From NCBI RefSeq assembly GCF_018141105.1, contig NZ_CP054839.1:5489411-5521410 (forward strand): a stretch of DNA of 32,000 nucleotides, written 5' to 3'. Positions 24,795 through 32,000 of this stretch are shown piece by piece. The notes beneath the pieces are model-generated. The model worked only from the letters and a program-made list of their open reading frames with translations. It was not told the origin of the DNA and ran no database searches. The translations under genes were made by a program, and so were the position numbers. The DNA comes from Saccharopolyspora erythraea (GTDB taxonomy: Bacteria; Actinomycetota; Actinomycetes; Mycobacteriales; Pseudonocardiaceae). Position 1 is the stretch's first letter. Each line of letters starts with the position of its first letter.

Positions 24795-25957
24795 TTCGCC
24801 CCCAGCACGTCGGCGATGATCTCGGCGACGTCGTGCATCTGCTGCTCGGTGCCGAGCAGGGTGCGGTGGTGCAGCCAGATCCCCTCCGAGGCGATGGCCT
24901 CGGAGTTCGGGCAGCGCTCGGCGAGCGCCTCCACGCCCTCCTCCGGAGCACCGGTCTCCCAGAACCCGTCGGTCCGGTAAACCGTGCGGAAGACGACGAA
25001 GGCGGGCAGGCCCCTGGCCACCAGCTCGTCTACCAGCTCGTTGCGGCCCTGCTCACCGAGGCCGGGCACGCGGAACATCGCCATGTAGTGCGGGACCCGG
25101 TCGGCTCGCTCGTCGCGCCCCTGCGGGACCACGCCGGGGATCTCGGCGAGCAGCCGCCGCAGCACCGGCGCCCGCTGCTCGCGGGTGTCGATCTGCTCGT
25201 CCAGGCGGCTGAGCTGTCCGCGCAGGACGCTGGCGGAGAACTCGTTCATCCGGAAGTTCGAGCCCGAGGTCTGGTGGAAGTACTTGCGGTCGGTCGGCGG
25301 GCGCCCGCAGCTGTGCCGCAGGAACGCCGCGTCGCGGGAGGCCTGGTCGGGGAAGAGCACCAGCCCGCCCTCGCCTGCGGTCATCAGCTTGCCGTTCTGG
25401 AAGCTGAAGGCGGAGATGGAGCCGGTCTCGCCCACCCTGCTGCCGCGCCACCGCGACCCGTGCGCGTGCGCGGCGTCCTGCAGCAGCGGGACTCCGTGGT
25501 CGGCGGAGAGCTTGCCGAGGCCATCCATGTCGCTGAAGTGACCGGCCATGTGCACGGGCATGATGGCGCGGGTACGCGGGGTGATCGCCGCTTCCGTGGC
25601 GGCGACGTCGATGCAGTAGGTCTCCAGGTCGACGTCGACCGGGACCGCCACCGCGCCGAGACGCTGCGCGGCCTGCGACGACGAGATGAAGGTGAACGCC
25701 GGCACGATCACCTCGTCACCCGGGCCGACGCCGAGCACCTGCAGGCCGAGCTCCAGCGCGTGCGTGCCGTTGGTGACCGCGAGCGCGTGCTCCGCCCCGT
25801 GGTAGGCGGCGAACTCCCGCTCGAACGAGTCGACCTCGCTGCCGCCCATGCGCCACCACTGGCCCTGTTCCAGCGCGCGGATCAGACCGGTTCGTTCCTC
25901 GTCGCCGTACTGAGGCCATTCCGGGAATACCGGAGCAGTGCGTCGAGAAGCGTTCAT
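24791..25957 (-). CDS. rifK: AHBA synthase (PLP-dependent)
   Basis: MNASRRTAPVFPEWPQYGDEERTGLIRALEQGQWWRMGGSEVDSFEREFAAYHGAEHALAVTNGTHALELGLQVLGVGPGDEVIVPAFTFISSSQAAQRLGA...FSFQNGKLMTAGEGG. Extremely close to recalled RifK sequence; start set at the homologous Met. Confidence 0.97.
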   Translation of the reverse strand: MNASRRTAPVFPEWPQYGDEERTGLIRALEQGQWWRMGGSEVDSFEREFAAYHGAEHALAVTNGTHALELGLQVLGVGPGDEVIVPAFTFISSSQAAQRLGAVAVPVDVDLETYCIDVAATEAAITPRTRAIMPVHMAGHFSDMDGLGKLSADHGVPLLQDAAHAHGSRWRGSRVGETGSISAFSFQNGKLMTAGEGGLVLFPDQASRDAAFLRHSCGRPPTDRKYFHQTSGSNFRMNEFSASVLRGQLSRLDEQIDTREQRAPVLRRLLAEIPGVVPQGRDERADRVPHYMAMFRVPGLGEQGRNELVDELVARGLPAFVVFRTVYRTDGFWETGAPEEGVEALAERCPNSEAIASEGIWLHHRTLLGTEQQMHDVAEIIADVLGAK

Positions 25958-26271
25958 ATCCCGTTTCCTTTGCATGCCTGGATTTGCGCGGGTCACAACG
26001 TTTTCCACGAAAAGATCGCGGGCCGAACCTAACCAGGGCGGGAATGCGGCACCACCCCCTAGCGACCCCCTACGGTTCCCCAGATCCCGGTTGCTCTACC
26101 TGCGTCTTTCACGTCGCCAAGCACGCTGCTACCGTCTGGCTCGACAAGCGGCGGACCTACCCCGGCAAGCAATTCCCGCGAACCGGAGGACATATTCCGC
26201 CCGAATCCCCGGTCAACGGTCGGGGTGGACCGTGCCGGCAACTCGTCTCCACCTAGGACACTGGAGTCGTC
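25958..26271. promoter_or_regulatory. Divergent promoter region between rifK-like and rifN-like operons
   Basis: Non-coding gap between divergent genes; contains two CCCCCTA motifs 11 bp apart (26055-26061, 26066-26072). Confidence 0.6.
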
Positions 26272-27165
26272 ATCAACTACCTGGGAATCGACATCGGCGG
26301 CACCAAAGTGGCCATGCGCGCCGAAGGCGAGGACGCCGAACCGCACGAAACCTCCTTCCGCTGGCCCGTTCCGGCGGAGGTCCGCGCCGACCTCGCGGCG
26401 TTGGAGTCGCACGTCGCGACGTTGCGCCACCGATGGCCGGAACCGTTCGACGCCGTCGGCGTGGCGGTGCCCGCGACACTGGATGCGGCGGGGCGCGTGC
26501 TGACCTGGCCGGGGCGGCCGGTGTGGGAAGGCGCGGACCTGGTTTCCCGGCTGCGCGCGCTGTTCCCCGGTTCGGCGGTGCGGTGCGCCGACGACGGTGA
26601 TCTCGCCGCGCTCGCCGAGGCCGACCGGGCGGGCTGCCGCGACGTGGTCTACATCGGTGTCGGAACCGGCATCGGCGGCGGAGTCGTGGTCAACGGCGAG
26701 TCGGTTCCGGGCCCTGCCCGCGGTTCCTGCGAGATCGGCCACCTGGTCGTCGACCCCTCAGGGGACAAGTGCGACTGCGGGCGGCTCGGCTGCGTCCAGG
26801 CCGCGGCTTCGGGCCCGGCCGTCCTTCGCCGAGCGGGCGAACTCAGGGGTTGCCCGGTCACCTTCGACGAGCTGCGCGCGGCTTGGGCGGACGGGCAACC
26901 GTGGGCCCGGAGCGCGCTGGACACCGGAGCCGCGGCGCTCGCGACGGCCGTGACCGGCCTGTGCGAGCTGGTCCACCCGGACCTGGTGCTCATCGGCGGC
27001 GGATTCGCCGCCGCCCTACCGGATTTCGTGCCCGCCGTCGCCGAACGCACGCGGCTGCTCGCGCGGCCGGGCTCGCCGGCGCCGCCGGTCGAAGCGGCCG
27101 CCCTCGGCGGGCTTTCTTCCCTGCACGGTGCCCTGTTGCTGGCCAGACGAGAGGAATCGGCATGA
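26272..27165 (+). CDS. rifN: ROK-family sugar kinase, kanosamine kinase-like; start codon non-canonical or uncertain
   Basis: In-frame translation upstream of the called GTG start at 26308: (ATC)NYLGIDIGGTKVAMRAEGEDAE. DIGGTK phosphate-binding motif, GVAVPATLDAAGRV, GIGTGIGGGVVVNGE, CDCGRLGCVQ zinc motif. An in-frame TAG at 26254-26256 limits the start. Confidence 0.85.
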   Translation: MNYLGIDIGGTKVAMRAEGEDAEPHETSFRWPVPAEVRADLAALESHVATLRHRWPEPFDAVGVAVPATLDAAGRVLTWPGRPVWEGADLVSRLRALFPGSAVRCADDGDLAALAEADRAGCRDVVYIGVGTGIGGGVVVNGESVPGPARGSCEIGHLVVDPSGDKCDCGRLGCVQAAASGPAVLRRAGELRGCPVTFDELRAAWADGQPWARSALDTGAAALATAVTGLCELVHPDLVLIGGGFAAALPDFVPAVAERTRLLARPGSPAPPVEAAALGGLSSLHGALLLARREESA

Positions 27166-28196
27166 CGACCGCGCAGTCCCGCAGGATCGAGGTCGCGCTG
27201 GGCGAGCGCTCCTACCAGGTGCACGTCGGCGCGGGCGTCCGGCACGAGCTTTGCGAGGTCATCGCCGGGATCGGTGCGCGCCGGGTCGCGCTCGTCACCG
27301 CCCGACCACCGGAGTGGACGCCGGAGACCGGGGTGGAGACGCTGGTCATCCAGGCCCGCGACGGTGAGCGGGACAAGACGCTGTCCTGGGTCGAGGAGAT
27401 GTGCCGCAGGTTCGCCGACTTCGGGCTGACCCGCTCGGACGCGGTCGTCTCCTGCGGCGGCGGCACCACCACCGACGCCGTGGGGCTGGCCGCCGCGCTC
27501 TACCACCGGGGCGTGCCCGTGGTGCATCTGCCCACCTCGCTGCTGGCCCAGGTCGACGCCAGCGTCGGCGGCAAGACCGCCGTGAACCTGCCGCAGGGCA
27601 AGAACCTCGTGGGCGCGTACTGGCAGCCCAGGGCCGTGCTCTGCGACGTCGAGCACCTCCAGACGCTGCCCCCGCGGGAATGGACCAACGGCTACGGCGA
27701 GATCGCGCGCTGCCACTTCATCGGCGCGGGCGACCTGCGCGGACTGCCGCTGGTCGAACAGATCGCGTCGAGCATCGCGTTGAAGTCCTCGGTCGTGGCC
27801 GCCGACGAACGCGACAGCGGTATGCGCCACGTGCTCAACTACGGCCACACCCTCGGCCACGCGCTGGAGCGGGCCACCGACTTCCGGATGCGGCACGGGG
27901 AAGGCGTCGCGATCGGCACGGTGTTCGCCGGGCGGCTGGCGGGCGCGCTGGGCAGGATCGACGCGCGACGGGTCGACGAGCACCTTGAGGTCGTCTCAGG
28001 CTACGACCTGCCGACCCGGCTGCCGGAAGAGGTCGGTACCGGCGAGCTGATCGAGCTGATGCGGCTGGACAAGAAGCGAACCGAGGGCGACGGGCTCACC
28101 TTCGTGCTCGACGGCCCGAACGGGGCGGAGCTGGTGGAGGACGTGCCGGTGCCGGTCGTCGCCGAGACCATCGACGCGATGCCGAGGATGTCCTGA
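27162..28196 (+). CDS. rifG: 5-amino-5-deoxy-3-dehydroquinate (aminoDHQ) synthase, DHQ-synthase fold
   Basis: 344 aa from MTTAQSRRIEVALGERSYQVHVG; VVSCGGGTTTDAVGLAAALYHRGVPVVHLPTSLLAQVDASVGGKTAVNLPQGKNLVGAYWQP, RHVLNYGHTLGHALE. ATGA overlap with the kinase gene. Confidence 0.93.
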   Translation: MTTAQSRRIEVALGERSYQVHVGAGVRHELCEVIAGIGARRVALVTARPPEWTPETGVETLVIQARDGERDKTLSWVEEMCRRFADFGLTRSDAVVSCGGGTTTDAVGLAAALYHRGVPVVHLPTSLLAQVDASVGGKTAVNLPQGKNLVGAYWQPRAVLCDVEHLQTLPPREWTNGYGEIARCHFIGAGDLRGLPLVEQIASSIALKSSVVAADERDSGMRHVLNYGHTLGHALERATDFRMRHGEGVAIGTVFAGRLAGALGRIDARRVDEHLEVVSGYDLPTRLPEEVGTGELIELMRLDKKRTEGDGLTFVLDGPNGAELVEDVPVPVVAETIDAMPRMS

Positions 28197-28197
28197 G

Positions 28198-29013
28198 ATG
28201 CCCGGCATCAGCGGCACGACCCGGCTGTTCGCCGTTCTCGGCGACCCCGTGGACCAGGTGCGGGCACCGGAGCTGCTCAACCCGCTGTTCGAGCGGCTGG
28301 GCCGGGACGCCGTCCTGTTCCCCGTGCACGCCACCCGGCCGCACCTGGCCGAGATCGTCCGCGGACTGTGCCGCGTCGGCAACCTCGATGGCCTGCTCGT
28401 CACCGTGCCGCACAAGATCGAGATCTGCCGGTTCGCCGACGAGCTGAGCCACGCCGCCCGGATCTCCGGTTGTGCCAACGCACTCCGGCGCGAGCCCGGC
28501 GGTGGGTGGTTCGCCGACAACTTCGACGGCGCCGGATTCGTCCGGGGCCTGCGCGGCAGGGGCCACGAGGTGACCGGGAAGCGGGTCGCCCTGGTCGGCG
28601 CGGGCGGGGCGGGCGCGGCGATCGCGGCGGCACTGCTCGACGCCGGGGTCGAGCACCTCACGATCTGCGACCTGGACCGCGCGCGGCTCGACCACGTCCA
28701 CGCCCGGCTGGACCGGCTCTGGCCCGGCCGGGTGGGGTGCGAGGCGGCGCCGCGGCTCGACGGCGTCCACCTCGCGGTCAACGCCACCCCGCTCGGGCTG
28801 CGCCCCGAGGACCCGCTGCCCTTCGAACCGTCGGCGCTCGCACCGGACTGCGCGGTGGCCGACATCATCATGAAACCGCGCGAGACCCGGTTGTTGCGCA
28901 CCGCCGCCGGGCTCGGACACCAGATCCACCACGGGAACCACATGCTGGACGAGCAACTCGACCTGTACCGCGCGTTCTTCCACCTCGACGAGGCGACGAC
29001 CGCCACCCCGTAG
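28198..29013 (+). CDS. rifI: Shikimate/quinate 5-dehydrogenase-family (aminoquinate/aminoshikimate dehydrogenase-like)
   Basis: 271 aa; FAVLGDPVDQVRAPELLNPLFERLG, VTVPHKIEICRFADELSHAARISGCANALRRE, ADNFDGAGFVRGL, ALVGAGGAGAAIAAALLDAG. Confidence 0.9.
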   Translation: MPGISGTTRLFAVLGDPVDQVRAPELLNPLFERLGRDAVLFPVHATRPHLAEIVRGLCRVGNLDGLLVTVPHKIEICRFADELSHAARISGCANALRREPGGGWFADNFDGAGFVRGLRGRGHEVTGKRVALVGAGGAGAAIAAALLDAGVEHLTICDLDRARLDHVHARLDRLWPGRVGCEAAPRLDGVHLAVNATPLGLRPEDPLPFEPSALAPDCAVADIIMKPRETRLLRTAAGLGHQIHHGNHMLDEQLDLYRAFFHLDEATTATP

Positions 29014-29039
29014 CCGCCGCGGGTCGGCGCGCGGAGCGC

Positions 29040-31784
29040 TCACGCCGAGCGCGCGGTGGCCGACCATAGCTCGACCGGGAGCTCGGCGCGGCGTTTCACC
29101 TGCAGCTTCCGGAAAACGCGGGTGAGATGCTGTTCGACGGTGCTCGCGGTGACGAAGAGCTTCTCGGCGATCTCGCGGTTCGTGTATCCCATGACGGCCA
29201 GCGAGGCCACCCTGCGTTCGGAGTCGGTCAGCGACGAGATCCTGCCCTCGCCCGCGACCAAGTGCCCGCGCGTGGCGTCCCCGCTGACCGCCAGCAGCCG
29301 CTCCTGCAATGAAGCCGCGCCGCACAGCCCGGCCAGGTGCCACGCGCGGCGGAAGATCGGCCGGGCCCGCCGGTTGTCGTTGAGCTCGTGGTGGGCCTCG
29401 CTCAGGTCGGTCAGCACGCGCGCCTGCTCGTAGCGGTCACCGCACTTCTCCAGCAGCTCCAGCGCCTCGTTGAGCAGCTGCGGCCGCCTTCGCGGCGCGT
29501 TGGTCGCGGCCAGCAGGCGCAACGCGGCTCCCCTGCTGCGGGCCTGTTCCGGACCCGGCTGGGCGAGCTCGTCGTAGGCCAGCCGCCGCGCCTCGTCGGT
29601 GTTGCCGAGCTGCAACCACGCCTCGGCCGCGCCGGTGCGCCACGGCACCAGACCCGCCCGGGACAGCCCCCAGTCGTTGGTCAGGTCGCGGCAGGCGGTG
29701 AAATCGGCCAGCGCCGCGTAGGGGTGTGCGGTGGCGAGGTGGTGGTGGCCGCGCGCATACAGGTAGTGCAGGCCGTAGCGGCTGTGGAACATCGCGTCGT
29801 CGACCTGGTGGACCAGGTGGCGTGCCGCCTCGTCGTGCTCGCCCAGCCGGGTGTGGGCCAGCACGAGCGCGCTCAACGGCAGCCCGACGGCCACGCCCCA
29901 CGCCTGCGGCGTCAGGTGCCGCAGCGCCACGCCGGCCTGCTCGATCGAAGCCCTGAACTCCCCGCCGCGCAGCAGGAGCTCGGAGCGGACCGAGGCGATG
30001 ATCGCCCGCAGGGCCGGGGTCTGGTGGCTCGAGGTCGCCGCGGCCAGCTTCCGGCACCAGTCGCAGGCCAGCGCGATCCTGCCCCCCTGCACGAGCACCA
30101 CCAGCGCGAGCATCGTGGCTTCCTCACACCACATCGTGCCGCGGGTGCGGTACACGTCGCGCAGCGCCCGCTCGGCCTGCTCGACCGCCTTCGCGCTCTG
30201 GCCGCGCACCAGGACATCGGCCAGGTTCGCGGTCGTGTGCAGCCACGGGTCGCCCGACGACGTCGCGAAGCCGCCGGGCCGCGACCAGCGGGCCGAGCGC
30301 TGCGCACCGGCGGCCAGCGGCGGATGCGCGTAGCCCAGCCAGAGTTCGACGTCGCGCGACTCGACGGCCGGATCGTCCGGCTTCTGCCGTCGCGCCCGGC
30401 GCAGGTTGTCCAACACCTGCCGCGCCTCGTCGACGCGACCGTGCCAGAGCAGCCGCCGGACCAGCGCGGCCCGGTCCGAGCCGTCCAGCCTGCCCGCGTC
30501 GGCCGCCGCGGCCAGCGGGCCGAGGTGCGGCAGCACCGAGCCGGGACTCGTGCGCCACTCGGCCTCGGCCAACCGCGCGCGGATCGCGGCCCGCTCACTC
30601 TCCTGCCCGCACGATCCGTGCGCGAGTTCCAGGCACTCGATGGCGAGGCGCGGTTCCCCCTCCAGCAGCGCGACTTCCGCCGCTTCGCGCAGCACGTTGC
30701 GCGCCCAGCTCTCGGAGGCACCTTCGGCCTGGACGAGGTGGCGGGCCACCGCGGACACCGGCGATCCGCCTTCGTGCAGCAGCCGTGCGGCGCGGTGGTG
30801 CATCAGCGCCCGGTTCTGCGCGGTGGCCAGCACGGCCGCGACCGCCTGCGGGCTGCGGAACGCACCGTCCCGCAGCAGACCTGCCGCGGTCAGCGCCTGA
30901 AGCACGTGGCCGACGCGGTCCGCGTCGGACTCCGTCAGCGCGGCGACCGTCCCGGTCGTGGCGTCCTGGCCCAGCACGGCGACCGCACGCGCGACCTCGG
31001 ACATGAACGGCCCGCCCCGTTGCAGGCAGCTCAGCAGCGCCAGGTCGTGATGCTGCGCGGTCCGGCCCGCCAGGTGGTCGTCGATCAGCGCGTGCAGCAG
31101 CAGCGGGTTTCCGCCGCTGGCGGCGGTGAAATCGGCGGTCAGCCGTTGCGCGGCGAGGTCGCCGGCCCGCTGCGAGACCACCTCGCCGACACCCGCCGCC
31201 GACAGCGGCGCGAGCTCGATCCGCCGGAAGTGCGGCTGCCGCACCAGTTCGGAGTGCAACGGCCAGGGCACGGCGGGCAGCCGGGTGTCGGCGGTGAGCA
31301 CCACGAGCACCCTGGACGACTGCGAGCGGCGCAGCAGTTGCAGCAACCAGGTCGCCGATCCCTGGTCCATGTGGTGGGCGTCGTCGACGGCCAGCAGCAA
31401 CGGCGTGTCCCGCGCGCGGTCGAGCACGGCCGAGCACAGCTCGCGGAACACGCGCAGCAGCTCGGAGGCGATCTCGTCGTGTTCGACCAGTGCGATGGCC
31501 GAGTCGAGCAGCCCGGCGTCCAGCAACCTGGTGTAGCGGTTGTCGATGCCGCGCACCAGCTGGCTGAGCACACCCCCGGGCAGCGTCCGCTCGGTCCGCG
31601 AGCAGTGCGCGGTCAGCGCGAGGAAGCCCGCACGCTGCGCCCGTTCGACGACGTTGCGCAGGAACTCGCTCTTGCCGCAGGCCATCGGCCCGTCCACGAG
31701 AGCGACCCGCCCCGCCGAGCCTGCGCTTTCCCGTTGCAACGAACCGACCACACGATTCTGCTCCTCGCGCTCGGCAAGAATCAC
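29040..31784 (-). CDS. Large ATP-binding LuxR-family (LAL) transcriptional regulator
   Basis: AAA/P-loop VDGPMACGKSEFLRNVVERAQ, VLLAVDDAHHMDQGS; C-terminal LuxR HTH LTDSERRVASLAVMGYTNREIAEKLFVTASTVEQHLTRVFRKLQVKRRAELP. GTG at 31784 (VILAEREEQNRVV) preceded by AGGGGG is a plausible start; the track gives a longer form starting at 31976. Confidence 0.9.
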   Translation of the reverse strand: MILAEREEQNRVVGSLQRESAGSAGRVALVDGPMACGKSEFLRNVVERAQRAGFLALTAHCSRTERTLPGGVLSQLVRGIDNRYTRLLDAGLLDSAIALVEHDEIASELLRVFRELCSAVLDRARDTPLLLAVDDAHHMDQGSATWLLQLLRRSQSSRVLVVLTADTRLPAVPWPLHSELVRQPHFRRIELAPLSAAGVGEVVSQRAGDLAAQRLTADFTAASGGNPLLLHALIDDHLAGRTAQHHDLALLSCLQRGGPFMSEVARAVAVLGQDATTGTVAALTESDADRVGHVLQALTAAGLLRDGAFRSPQAVAAVLATAQNRALMHHRAARLLHEGGSPVSAVARHLVQAEGASESWARNVLREAAEVALLEGEPRLAIECLELAHGSCGQESERAAIRARLAEAEWRTSPGSVLPHLGPLAAAADAGRLDGSDRAALVRRLLWHGRVDEARQVLDNLRRARRQKPDDPAVESRDVELWLGYAHPPLAAGAQRSARWSRPGGFATSSGDPWLHTTANLADVLVRGQSAKAVEQAERALRDVYRTRGTMWCEEATMLALVVLVQGGRIALACDWCRKLAAATSSHQTPALRAIIASVRSELLLRGGEFRASIEQAGVALRHLTPQAWGVAVGLPLSALVLAHTRLGEHDEAARHLVHQVDDAMFHSRYGLHYLYARGHHHLATAHPYAALADFTACRDLTNDWGLSRAGLVPWRTGAAEAWLQLGNTDEARRLAYDELAQPGPEQARSRGAALRLLAATNAPRRRPQLLNEALELLEKCGDRYEQARVLTDLSEAHHELNDNRRARPIFRRAWHLAGLCGAASLQERLLAVSGDATRGHLVAGEGRISSLTDSERRVASLAVMGYTNREIAEKLFVTASTVEQHLTRVFRKLQVKRRAELPVELWSATARSA

Positions 31785-32000
31785 CCGTTCCCCCTGTACG
31801 AGCTCCGGTTTCTCCGGTAGCGGCCATGCCGGAGGAGGTGCGCGCGATTTGCGCACGCGGCGCAGCGCACGACTCATCCCCAGCACAAAACTGGACGCAC
31901 CCGCTCGAGAGTTCACGCATCGCCGATTCTGCGTCAACGTGATCCTGGTAACTTTCGCCCGTTTGGCGGCACGCATTTGCGCCCTGCCGCCGTCACGAAA

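Noticed and set aside
25958-26600. + strand ORF 25938..26600 across the rifK/rifN gap
   Set aside because: Basic, low-complexity translation; it overlaps the divergent promoter and the kinase gene in the wrong frame.
26769-27161. N-terminal extension of the aminoDHQ synthase ORF
   Set aside because: Overlaps the kinase gene out of frame; homology begins at the ATGA junction at 27162.
29337-31820. 827-aa ORF on the + strand opposite the LAL regulator (and other long antisense ORFs such as 679..1842, 24833..26032, 26649..27983)
   Set aside because: Shadow frames of high-GC coding sequence with no recognisable domain; opposite-strand genes have clear motifs.
1-32000. CRISPR arrays, tRNA/rRNA genes, transposases or integrases
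   Set aside because: None seen: no regular direct-repeat/spacer pattern, no recognised tRNA or transposase signatures on either strand.

Overview
The window is a GC-rich actinomycete ansamycin-type biosynthetic locus. It contains an almost complete set of 3-amino-5-hydroxybenzoate (AHBA) genes (homologues of rifH, rifK, rifL, rifM, rifN, rifG, rifI). It also has one large type I PKS gene (complement 7857..20255), a RifF-like amide synthase, an MhpA/Rif-Orf19-like flavin hydroxylase, an O-methyltransferase, TetR and LAL/LuxR regulators, and several quinone-related redox genes (WrbA, glutathionyl-hydroquinone-reductase-like, HxlR regulator). The most interesting feature is the PKS architecture. 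One polypeptide reads CoL/adenylation - degenerate KR - ACP | KS-AT(methylmalonyl)-DH-ER-KR-ACP | KS-AT(malonyl)-ACP. It has almost no tail after the last ACP (no C-terminal docking domain, no TE) and is followed 6 nt later by the amide synthase gene. As read, this is a two-extension-module AHBA assembly line, which predicts a triketide (C12) aminophenol product much smaller than classical ansamycins. A partial GTP cyclohydrolase II gene, absent from the ORF track, runs off the left edge. No RNA genes, CRISPR arrays or mobile elements were recognised. Whether the system is novel needs database comparison and the flanking sequence.
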